From contig JACNIG010000211.1 of NCBI GenBank assembly GCA_014383215.1, positions 9,181-33,180 of the forward strand: a DNA stretch of 24,000 nucleotides, in the 5' to 3' direction. Both the position numbers and the translations under genes were made by a program. The DNA is from Candidatus Desulfatibia vada (GTDB lineage Bacteria; Desulfobacterota; Desulfobacteria; Desulfobacterales; UBA11574). A model generated the notes under the pieces. The model worked only from the letters and a program-made list of their open reading frames with translations, was not told where the DNA came from and did no database searches. Each line of letters opens with the position of its first letter. Positions within the stretch are counted from its first letter, which is position 1. This document shows positions 16,411 through 23,879 of the stretch, one piece after another.

Positions 16411-16465
16411 AATCTGAACCTTGATAGTTTCGTAACAAGTTAAAGGTTAAGGCTCTTCTCCCATT

Positions 16466-16630
16466 TAGTTGGAGAAGAGGGTCAAGGGTTCAAGGATTCA
16501 AGGGGTCAAGTGGTTGCTTTCAAACAATTTTATCATTGTTTTGTGCATCCTTTCAACTTCTGCTGTTGAGGCATGGATATTTTAAGTATTTCACTCGAAC
16601 CCTGGAATCCTTGGCCCCTTGAATCCTAAT
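16466..16630. repeat. Composite repeat or hairpin in the permease-ATPase spacer (GGGTCAAGGGTTCAAGGATTCAAGGGG ... inverted CCCTGGAATCCTTGGCCCCTTGAATCC)
   Basis: The flanking arms are inverted complements of each other. The centre (GCTTTCAAACAATTTTATCATTGTTTTGTGCATCCTTTCAACTTCT) is homologous to 11119-11168. TTAGTTGGAGAAGAGGGTC also occurs at 7385-7405. Confidence 0.5.
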
Positions 16631-16635
16631 TTCAT

Positions 16636-18090
16636 TTATCTTCCTTTGTGCAATGTATGCAGGTTCAGGGTGTTGCCGGTAAACGGGCTGAAACACCACT
16701 TGTTAATGGGGTGGAAAGCTGCGGCCGCAGAAAAAAGAGTTATTGCCAGCGGCAGCGCAATGTGAGCTGAGGCCCCCAAGTCACCGAAAATTGAATACAG
16801 AAGATAGGCCGCAAGAATACCCCCTTTGACAAACAGCATCAGTAAGACCGGCAGCAGCCAAAAGATGAATAACAGCTCCCTGATTCTGTTTTTGAACATA
16901 AACAGGAAAGCAATTTCGGTTTTCAAATGGATAAATGCAAAAAGCGATATCATAAAAGGAAAAGCAATCCCCATGGATAAATCCGTGAGATAGAAATTTA
17001 TATGGTTGGAACGGATATCATCATTGATATTCTTTACCTTATCTTTCAAGATATGCGACTTTTCATAAGAATAAAGGTAGTGTCCCTGAGAATGCAGCTG
17101 ATCGATGTAATCCATAAAGTCGTTTTTTATATCGATATTTTGATACATCAGCCAGTTCCAGCGAGGTTCTAATACCTGCGGAACATAGAAGGGGACGTAT
17201 CTGGGATAGGCATCGATGTCTTGATACATTACGTTATCCTGATATATTTGGGGGATAGCCAAATATGCTTTGTCGGTTTTGATGGCCCCATCCTTTTCAT
17301 AACTGACTGATTCCGCCAAATCGATAATATCAGTAGTGTTGTCGTATTTGATGTTTGTCAATATGTGTAAAAAATTCAAAGGAATAATACATTCCACTCT
17401 GCTCAGGTATGGGTTCGGCATATGATTTGGGTTCAGGGGGATTCTTTTAATATTGTCGATAATAGATTTTTTAATAGAATTATAAACATCAATCCTTTTA
17501 TCCCAGACGTTTTCCCTTATCATATCGGCAAGGTCGATTAAATCAAATCTGAGTGTGTTGTGTCTGTCCGCAATAACAGCCTCATTGAGTGCGGTGCCGT
17601 TGTGATCAATATAATTGTTTATGACATTTATGGTATAATCGTCGGTGCGCTCTTTTAAAAAAAAGTCATCGACAAAACTTTGGATATGATAAACGCTGTA
17701 CAACAAATTGATGGCGTCTTTGTTGCTTAAGCTGTCCGGGTGACTTGTTGCGGATGGAGTAAAAAAGTGAATAAACAGATTATTTTGATATATAAAGGCC
17801 TGCTTGACAATTTCCGCGCCGAGATGCCGTAGTTTCCGGTAGTGCCCGGCAAGAAATCGTCCAAAGCTATTTTGGGAGCGCATACGCACAAAAAAGACTT
17901 TGAAAGCCTTTTGGTTTACGATTTCATTTTTCAACATTTCTGCTTTGTGGAATTTTTTTACGTAGCTGAATGTATTAAAGCCCATCATTACCAAGAAGGC
18001 TATCACGAGGCAGACGAATCGCTTTCTTGTGGACTTTCTGAAGAGCATCTTAAGGCACACAACCAGCAGTTTGTAAAAGTCATTTGTCAT
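16636..18090 (-). CDS. Membrane protein with FtsX/MacB-like (type VII ABC permease) topology
   Basis: It has one N-terminal TM (FVCLVIAFLVMMGFNTF) followed by a hydrophilic Asn/Tyr/Asp-rich domain of about 300 aa. The last ~110 aa contain 3-4 TM helices. It sits immediately upstream of an ABC ATPase gene. The family assignment rests on topology only, not on motifs. Confidence 0.65.
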   Translation of the reverse strand: MTNDFYKLLVVCLKMLFRKSTRKRFVCLVIAFLVMMGFNTFSYVKKFHKAEMLKNEIVNQKAFKVFFVRMRSQNSFGRFLAGHYRKLRHLGAEIVKQAFIYQNNLFIHFFTPSATSHPDSLSNKDAINLLYSVYHIQSFVDDFFLKERTDDYTINVINNYIDHNGTALNEAVIADRHNTLRFDLIDLADMIRENVWDKRIDVYNSIKKSIIDNIKRIPLNPNHMPNPYLSRVECIIPLNFLHILTNIKYDNTTDIIDLAESVSYEKDGAIKTDKAYLAIPQIYQDNVMYQDIDAYPRYVPFYVPQVLEPRWNWLMYQNIDIKNDFMDYIDQLHSQGHYLYSYEKSHILKDKVKNINDDIRSNHINFYLTDLSMGIAFPFMISLFAFIHLKTEIAFLFMFKNRIRELLFIFWLLPVLLMLFVKGGILAAYLLYSIFGDLGASAHIALPLAITLFSAAAAFHPINKWCFSPFTGNTLNLHTLHKGR

Positions 18091-18094
18091 TAGT

Positions 18095-18270
18095 TCGGGG
18101 TTCAGGATTCGGGGTTCAAGATTCAGGGTTCAGGGTTCAGGGTTCAGGATTCTGATTCCGGGTAACTGGTTGCGTGATAACTGATAACTGGTTACTGATA
18201 ATTTTTCGCCTTTCACTGATAACTGATCACTGACCTCTGGTCTCTGATCTCTGACCCCTGATCACTGCCT
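18095..18270. repeat. Heptanucleotide-periodic tract filling the spacer between cluster genes B and C
   Basis: Three consecutive 7-nt-period blocks: GGTTCAG/GATTCGG, then CTGATAA/CTGGTTA, then CTCTGAT/CCCTGAT. GGGTTCA is repeated three times exactly at 18125-18145. Confidence 0.8.
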
Positions 18271-18271
18271 A

Positions 18272-19150
18272 CTAGTTATCTCCGTATGTCCAGAGAGTTA
18301 TTATCATGTTTCTGCTCATACCGATTTCATATGCATATATTTTTAATTCTCTTGAATATTTCTTGCCGAATCTGGAAACGATGATTACCTGGTCGGCGAA
18401 ATCGGTTCCATGAAGAGATTTCAGATTATCAAGCACTCTCTGGTAATATTCCAGGGTGTCGTTTTCCAGGGAGAGCCCCATTTTGTCGGTATCCAGCTTT
18501 TCGATATCCTGATAAATTTTGAAATAGTAGCTGTTATAGTTGCCGGCTTCATAGTAATAGAAATAATGGGAGAAATCCGGATTTTTCAGCAAGCGCTTAA
18601 CGCTCCCATAGTATTTTCGCAGATCGGCATCGAAACTGTTAAAATCGTAAAATAAAAATCGTTTGGAGCCGCTGCGGATAATGCCTTCTTCATCGCTCAA
18701 GGTTACTGCGGCGATATGATCGATGTTCAGTACCGGATAATATTCGCTGCTGTCAAGCTTGACCCGGACCGGTCCGTTCAGGATGCGATAGCGGATATCC
18801 TGCCGGCTGCGGTCATAGGCAAATTCGATCTGAAATTTTCCCTTGTAACGGTTTTTAATAACCAGCTGCAGATCATAATTGCGCAGAGATGACGGAGGAT
18901 CGGCAACCAGTTCCCAATAACCTAACTTCCCAAGAGAGATCGACTCCTGCTTGGCATTTTCGATCAGGGCTAAAAAATTATAACCGGCAGTAGTGCCGGT
19001 TAAGCCGACCTTAAAAACGCGGTTGTTATCGTTGCTCAGTTGTATGTTACGGCCTTTAAAGAGTGTATCCGCGTGGATCTCACCGGCTAATGCCCAGCCG
19101 GCTAACAGGAAGATACAGAACCATTTGACGGGGTGTAATTTTGTTTTCAT
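18272..19150 (-). CDS. Secreted hypothetical protein (about 292 aa)
   Basis: Signal peptide MKTKLHPVKWFCIFLLAGWALAGEIHA. No recognisable domain; the C-terminal half is Tyr/Phe-rich. The track's GTG start (19168) lies inside the heptamer tract, so ATG 19150 is preferred. Confidence 0.7.
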   Translation of the reverse strand: MKTKLHPVKWFCIFLLAGWALAGEIHADTLFKGRNIQLSNDNNRVFKVGLTGTTAGYNFLALIENAKQESISLGKLGYWELVADPPSSLRNYDLQLVIKNRYKGKFQIEFAYDRSRQDIRYRILNGPVRVKLDSSEYYPVLNIDHIAAVTLSDEEGIIRSGSKRFLFYDFNSFDADLRKYYGSVKRLLKNPDFSHYFYYYEAGNYNSYYFKIYQDIEKLDTDKMGLSLENDTLEYYQRVLDNLKSLHGTDFADQVIIVSRFGKKYSRELKIYAYEIGMSRNMIITLWTYGDN

Positions 19151-19160
19151 AGGATGTATG

Positions 19161-19318
19161 CTGGTCACTGGTTACTGGATACTGGTCACTGGATACTGGT
19201 TACTGGATACTGGATACTGGTCACTGATCACTGACAACTGGATTTTAAAAGTAAGTTATCCTTATTTTATCCAGTATCCAGCATCAAGTATCCAGGATCA
19301 CTTCTCACTGATCACGGA
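19161..19318. repeat. Twelve tandem heptamers CTGG(T/A)(T/C)A (19161-19244) plus an inverted heptamer tract (about 19268-19318)
   Basis: Parsed by hand as CTGGTCA CTGGTTA CTGGATA CTGGTCA CTGGATA CTGGTTA CTGGATA CTGGATA CTGGTCA CTGATCA CTGACAA CTGGATT. The downstream CCAGTATCCAGCATCAAGTATCCAGGATCAC is the approximate reverse complement. Confidence 0.8.
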
Positions 19319-21639
19319 CCGGGGGCATAAAGCTCTCCAACCTTTAGGTACATAAATTTACGTTGCACGGCCTGATTAAAGGAATTGAGGTGGAACCCTC
19401 GCTTGGAAATATATTCCGCCAGGGGACCTTTATCCTCGCCCAGGGCTTTGTTCCAGAGAATCTCTTTCCCGGGTTCTTTGCTGGTTAAGGCTTTATAAAA
19501 TGCCGCATCCGCTGATTGGAAGGTTCTTTTTTCGATAAGAGGTTTAATATGATCGTATAGTTTTCTGCATCTTTCGATATCGTCAACACTCACCAGTGAA
19601 TTTATAATAATCAATTTTTTAAGATCGGACAGAGAAACATCATCCTGAGTTCTGATCGCTCTCAAAAAAGACTCTACCGGTTTGGCCGGAATTGCTATGC
19701 GTTGATCCCAAACAATGGGGTCCTCAACATTCTTTACATATTTAACGACGTGGTTCAGCACCTGAATTTTGCGATCGCTCCATTTTTGCATTTCCGTCAA
19801 CAGTTTTTGATCTGAAAAATAGAGGATAATGTCTTTGGGCATCTCTCCAGCGCCCTGGGTTTTAAAAACATGATCGACGTAAGCCTGGATTCCGTCCAAA
19901 AGTCGTTTGTGCTGTTTGGTGAAATCCTCTTGCCGTTCTTGCTTTGATTTCAGCTTTTCAGCTTTGAATTCGAATTTTCTAAAGGTGACATCTTGGCCTT
20001 CAGGATTACCGGCTTCAAACCGGGCGATCAGGTCTTTTAAATTACGGTAGGCATCGTCCGGAGTGTCGTTCAAATTGGCGGGGGTCAGGATACCGTGGTC
20101 GGTCGGATAGATAAAGTAGACGCTCAGATTAAGATCCAGCGCTTTTTGGGTAACATAGGATAAGGTTTCTTCGGACAGGTCATTGGGCCCGGCATCCGTT
20201 ATGACAAAAAGCAGTTTTGCATGCAAAGGAAGGATCTGCCGTTCTTTTTGTAAGGATTCGATTTCATGAAGGACTTTGACCATGGCCCGCATCAGAGGCT
20301 CGGCGTAATCACGGTCTCCAGAGCCCTTGACAAAGGTGAGGTTCTCGGGCCTTTTGACCCGGATAAAATTGGGTTCGGCTTTAATATCTTTGTAGCTTTC
20401 GGGTGAATCCCAGTATGCAAAGACGCGGTTCATTCTTAATCCAATACCTTTTTGCCTCATATCCTGAACGCTTTTATTAAAAGACTTCACATAGTCGGCA
20501 AAAGGACGCATACTTTCGGATACGTCCAATAAAAAGAAGGTATTTAAGTTTCTTTTGATGGAACTGGAGAGCAGCCGCATGAGCCTGGGCGTAAATGCGC
20601 CCGGAATGAACACCTTGGCATAAGAATCGTCTTTGGTGTACTGCGGGTGGGTTAACTGGGGAAACCCGAAATGAGTATAAAATTTATGCAGGCTCTCCTG
20701 ATCGAGTTTTTCCACGATGTCCCGAAAGAGCCTTTCTTTTAAATAAACATGCTCTACGTAAAATTTGTTGATTTCACCAGCTTCCAAAGACTCGTCTTTA
20801 CCCTCCGGGTCATTGAAAAATGGTACCGGCTGCAAGGGGTGGTAATAGAGCCTGGATCTCCACAGGGTGATATACTTTTTTTCGACCCAGCCGATGATTC
20901 CGATATCCTCTCGATTACTCCTGTAGTCGAATTCGTTAAAATCCTGGGCCAGCAGGTAATAGCCGTTTTGATAATCGAGTACTTTGTAAAAATCATAATC
21001 CACAAGGCTTTCCGGAGGAGTTGCCGAGTCTTTTTTATTATCTTGCCAGCTGTTCCAAATTGTAGGGAATTCATTGGCTTCGCCCGGCAGGCTTAGGAAG
21101 CCGTATACAGGAATGAAAGCTCTGTTTTTATCCAGCAGGGCATTGTACCAGAGAAATCCTTTCTCGAAATCAGACACATTAAGCGTAAATATCTTTTTAT
21201 CCCTTTGCCTTACTATTTTAAGCTCCTGTTTATCCCAATCGATTTCAACAACGTAAAAAACTTCCTGGAATTGGATTTTATCCTGTGGATAAAGGCTTTC
21301 CAGACCGCCATAAGGGAAGAAAGCTTTGGCGTGGGAGATGTAGAATATACCCTCATTGGGATCGGCGCTAAAAGCGTACCCTGCACCGTGTTTTTTTTCA
21401 ACCGCGCTGCGGGCCGAGGCCCATAGATTCATGTCAAGTTCGTGATAAATACGCTTGAGCGTGTTCATGAAGCCGTCGGGTTTGAATTGCCCTTCCCAAT
21501 CATGATCAATTGAACTGGGACATTTAATGTTTACCCGGCGGTCAGCATTCAAATCGGGCGGAATGGCGCTTGCCGGACTATGGGCTAACAAAAATGCCCC
21601 GGTAAACAGGAAAATAATCATTTTCTTAAAGCAGGTCAT
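19312..21639 (-). CDS. Secreted 775-aa protein with a von Willebrand factor A (vWA) domain
   Basis: The signal peptide is MTCFKKMIIFLFTGAFLLAHSPASA. The MIDAS motif DxSxS is present in TFFLLDVSESM, and LLFVITDAGPND occurs about 125 aa later. An SH3-like stretch (YKVLDYQNGYYLL...IGWVEKKYI) lies in the N-terminal half. A strong RBS, GGAGGTG, precedes the ATG. Confidence 0.8.
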   Translation of the reverse strand: MTCFKKMIIFLFTGAFLLAHSPASAIPPDLNADRRVNIKCPSSIDHDWEGQFKPDGFMNTLKRIYHELDMNLWASARSAVEKKHGAGYAFSADPNEGIFYISHAKAFFPYGGLESLYPQDKIQFQEVFYVVEIDWDKQELKIVRQRDKKIFTLNVSDFEKGFLWYNALLDKNRAFIPVYGFLSLPGEANEFPTIWNSWQDNKKDSATPPESLVDYDFYKVLDYQNGYYLLAQDFNEFDYRSNREDIGIIGWVEKKYITLWRSRLYYHPLQPVPFFNDPEGKDESLEAGEINKFYVEHVYLKERLFRDIVEKLDQESLHKFYTHFGFPQLTHPQYTKDDSYAKVFIPGAFTPRLMRLLSSSIKRNLNTFFLLDVSESMRPFADYVKSFNKSVQDMRQKGIGLRMNRVFAYWDSPESYKDIKAEPNFIRVKRPENLTFVKGSGDRDYAEPLMRAMVKVLHEIESLQKERQILPLHAKLLFVITDAGPNDLSEETLSYVTQKALDLNLSVYFIYPTDHGILTPANLNDTPDDAYRNLKDLIARFEAGNPEGQDVTFRKFEFKAEKLKSKQERQEDFTKQHKRLLDGIQAYVDHVFKTQGAGEMPKDIILYFSDQKLLTEMQKWSDRKIQVLNHVVKYVKNVEDPIVWDQRIAIPAKPVESFLRAIRTQDDVSLSDLKKLIIINSLVSVDDIERCRKLYDHIKPLIEKRTFQSADAAFYKALTSKEPGKEILWNKALGEDKGPLAEYISKRGFHLNSFNQAVQRKFMYLKVGELYAPGP

Positions 21640-21969
21640 TTTTCACCTCCGCTACCTTATTTAGCTCAATGATTCCGACGACGGGATTTCGCTTTGCTCA
21701 ACCCCGGTGCCGGTATCTTAGACTTTCAAATCTGCTGCACCCGCAATTTAGGGTAAACTTAAAACCGGATGTGGCGGTCTGCCAAATGCAAGAATTGCTT
21801 ACCTATTCGGGCTCAATTGAGGTATAGTGAATTAAAGCTTTGGAGTCAATCAAAAACGTGATCGGCATTTGGTCCCCGGGGAAGGCAAGTTGCGGGGATT
21901 TGGGTGGTTGATAACCGCTGCAGGAATTGGTATAGGTGGTTTAAAACGTTCGCATGATAGCTGTCAGGG

Positions 21970-22006
21970 TTCAGCCGTCTTCGCGTAGCTACGCCGTGCC
22001 GAGGGG
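21970..22006. repeat. Second copy of the TTCAGCCGTCTTCGC..GCTACGCCGTGCC.GAGGGG motif
   Basis: Matches 11072-11111 apart from a small indel and substitutions. GGGTTCAG/GGGTTCTGGGTTACTGA heptamer-type sequence flanks it. Confidence 0.5.
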
Positions 22007-22033
22007 TTCTGGGTTACTGATCGAGGGTTGGAA

Positions 22034-22819
22034 ATGAAAGATAAGCACGGCCATCCACAAATAGACGGCAGCAGGAAGCTTTTGGAAACAGACACGTTCA
22101 GGTTTGACTGCCATCCTCAAACCCCATGTTTTACACGATGCTGTCACGATGCTGACATGTATCTGTATCCTTATGATATTATTCGCCTGAAGAACTGCCT
22201 CAGCATTTCTTCTGAGAGGTTTCTGGAACAGTATACCTTAACCGCTTTCAGAGACAATCCTTATTTCCCTAATCTTATGCTGAAGATGTCGCCTGGTGAG
22301 AGAAAATCATGTTCCTTTCTTGCCCAGGGAGGATGTACCGTATATGAGGATCGACCGTTCTCATGCCGGGCCTATCCGCTGGAACGGGCGGTGGCGCGCA
22401 GCAGTGCCGGCAAGAAACGGGCGGTCCATTTTTTTCTTGCCTGTCACGAGCACTGTTTGGGGCATAAAGAACCCCGCGAATGGTCCGTCAATGAGTGGAT
22501 CAAGGACCAACAGATACAAATATTCAATGATATGAATGACCTGTGGGTCGATGTTGATGCGCTGTTTAGGGGAAACCCGTGGGGCCGTCAGGGGGTCGAC
22601 GGGCCGGCTTTTAAGATGGCCTTTATGGCTTGTTTTAATATTGACAAATTCAAGATGTTTGTTTTTGAAAGTACTTTTTTGTCCCGGTTCGATGTATCGC
22701 CGGAAAGAATTGACAAGCTAACTGCATCGGATGTAGAACTCATGAAATTTGGGTTTGACTGGATAAAATTATTCCTCACGGGTGCCGGTCCGCTGACATT
22801 AAAAATTCGTAAAAAGTAA
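22034..22819 (+). CDS. YkgJ/UPF0153-type cysteine-cluster protein (putative Fe-S or Zn protein)
   Basis: FDCHPQTPCFTRCCHD (CxxxxxCxxCC-type N-terminal cluster) and CSFLAQGGCTVYEDRPFSCRAYP are typical of the CxxCxxCC family. ATG 22034 is preferred over TTG 22028. Confidence 0.7.
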   Translation: MKDKHGHPQIDGSRKLLETDTFRFDCHPQTPCFTRCCHDADMYLYPYDIIRLKNCLSISSERFLEQYTLTAFRDNPYFPNLMLKMSPGERKSCSFLAQGGCTVYEDRPFSCRAYPLERAVARSSAGKKRAVHFFLACHEHCLGHKEPREWSVNEWIKDQQIQIFNDMNDLWVDVDALFRGNPWGRQGVDGPAFKMAFMACFNIDKFKMFVFESTFLSRFDVSPERIDKLTASDVELMKFGFDWIKLFLTGAGPLTLKIRKK

Positions 22820-22837
22820 AAATTTCCTTTTTACGAA
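22806..22837 (+). terminator. 11-bp stem-loop TTCGTAAAAAG / CTTTTTACGAA overlapping the stop codon, followed by T-rich sequence
   Basis: Paired by hand. The downstream sequence is CGTTTTCAGTTTTAGGTTTT. Confidence 0.5.
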
Positions 22838-22864
22838 CGTTTTCAGTTTTAGGTTTTAGGCAAC

Positions 22865-23111
22865 TTTTCAATAAGCTAGGGTTTAGAAAATTGTCGGGTT
22901 TCAGAATTTTTCAAAAAAAGCGCTATCAAATACGCTATCTAAGGGTGGCCAAATATTTATGATTTGTCAAATTATTCGAGAAGTTGTAAAACGTTGCCGC
23001 AGAAATCATAAATATTTGGTCACCGTGATATGCCATGGCAGACGACCAGGATATCACCTTTTTTGAAAAACCCTGAAACCCTTTTCTCCGGAGGTTATTG
23101 AAAAATTACGG
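22865..23111 (+). repeat. 247-bp imperfect-palindromic dispersed element, copy B
   Basis: Collinear with 1757-2003. Extra outer inverted arms, GTTTTAGGTTTTAGG (about 22846-22860) and CCAAAACCTAAAAC (about 23147-23160), extend the palindrome to about 317 bp. Confidence 0.8.
22964..22992 (+). promoter_or_regulatory. Sigma70-like promoter candidate TTGTCA-17 nt-TAAAAC in the loop of element copy B
   Basis: Same position in the element as 1857-1885. It points at the CDS starting at 23163. Confidence 0.25.
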
Positions 23112-23162
23112 TTTTAAGTATTTGCAAATAAGCGTAAAACAATAACCAAAACCTAAAACGTG

Positions 23163-23573
23163 ATGAATTCATCAACCCTTTATATGAAGCCTATATTAAT
23201 AACAAAAATTGACCTTGAAAATCATTTGATCTTGGAGATTTATGACGAGTCCATCAAAACGATTGGGGACAGATGGATGGTTAATATGGTGGCTCGTATA
23301 AAGGTTCCGTTCGATGAAGCCTTGATTCAAAAAAGCGAAGATTTTTCGGCAAACAAGGATAAAATCAAAAAGGCGCTTGGTAAAGAGGTCGTTTTCGAAC
23401 ATAAAAGCAATCGCATTTTTGTGGACGATAACGAAAAGGAAAGCATCTTTCAGGAAATGTATGACAGTTTTATTGACAACACCCTGCATTATCTATCCCG
23501 CCCGAACTTTCCCGAACGGTTTTTGTTAAAAAAAATCAGGGAAGAGATGAAGAGGCAATTACAAAAAAGATGA
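23163..23573 (+). CDS. Hypothetical protein (136 aa), function unknown
   Basis: ORF directly downstream of element copy B. It is Lys/Glu-rich and shows neither a motif I recognise nor a signal peptide. Confidence 0.55.
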   Translation: MNSSTLYMKPILITKIDLENHLILEIYDESIKTIGDRWMVNMVARIKVPFDEALIQKSEDFSANKDKIKKALGKEVVFEHKSNRIFVDDNEKESIFQEMYDSFIDNTLHYLSRPNFPERFLLKKIREEMKRQLQKR

Positions 23574-23584
23574 TTAACCGTTCA

Positions 23585-23760
23585 CAGGTTCAACGGATGA
23601 ACATCCAAAGACGGATGAACATCGACATCGAACGCCCAACATCGAATGATGAATAAAAAAACCGAATGAAATTAAATTGTAGAGCGGAGCGACATCATTA
23701 TTCGATGTTCAACGTTGGACGTTCGATGTTCAGTCTGTTCGATATTCACGTTCATCTTTC
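23585..23760. repeat. Low-complexity long palindrome (GATGAACATC / CGAACG units)
   Basis: GAACATCGACATCGAACGCCCAACATCGAATGATG (23617-23651) pairs imperfectly with CATCATTATTCGATGTTCAACGTTGGACGTTCGATGTTC (23693-23731). It lies between convergent genes. Confidence 0.55.
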
Positions 23761-23879
23761 AAAATAATTCCGTACGGCATAAATGTAACCTGTGAACGCC
23801 TGCGAAAGGTAACCCGACTCGGCTGAGCTCATCGCAGGCTGAACGGTGAACTCTGAACCCCTGAACGGTTCTTATGTCT

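Noticed and set aside
18993-19355. 120-aa plus-strand ORF containing VTGYWILVTGYWLLDTGYWSLITDNW
   Set aside because: The repeat peptide is simply the translation of the CTGGNNA heptamer tract. The ORF also runs antisense into genes A and B.
21698-21712. Sigma54-like sequence on the minus strand (CGGCAC-CGGGG-TTGAGC) about 60 nt upstream of gene A
   Set aside because: The -24 GG is present, but the highly conserved -12 GC is GA here and the upstream T of TGGCAC is a C. That is too weak to call without an enhancer-binding-protein context.
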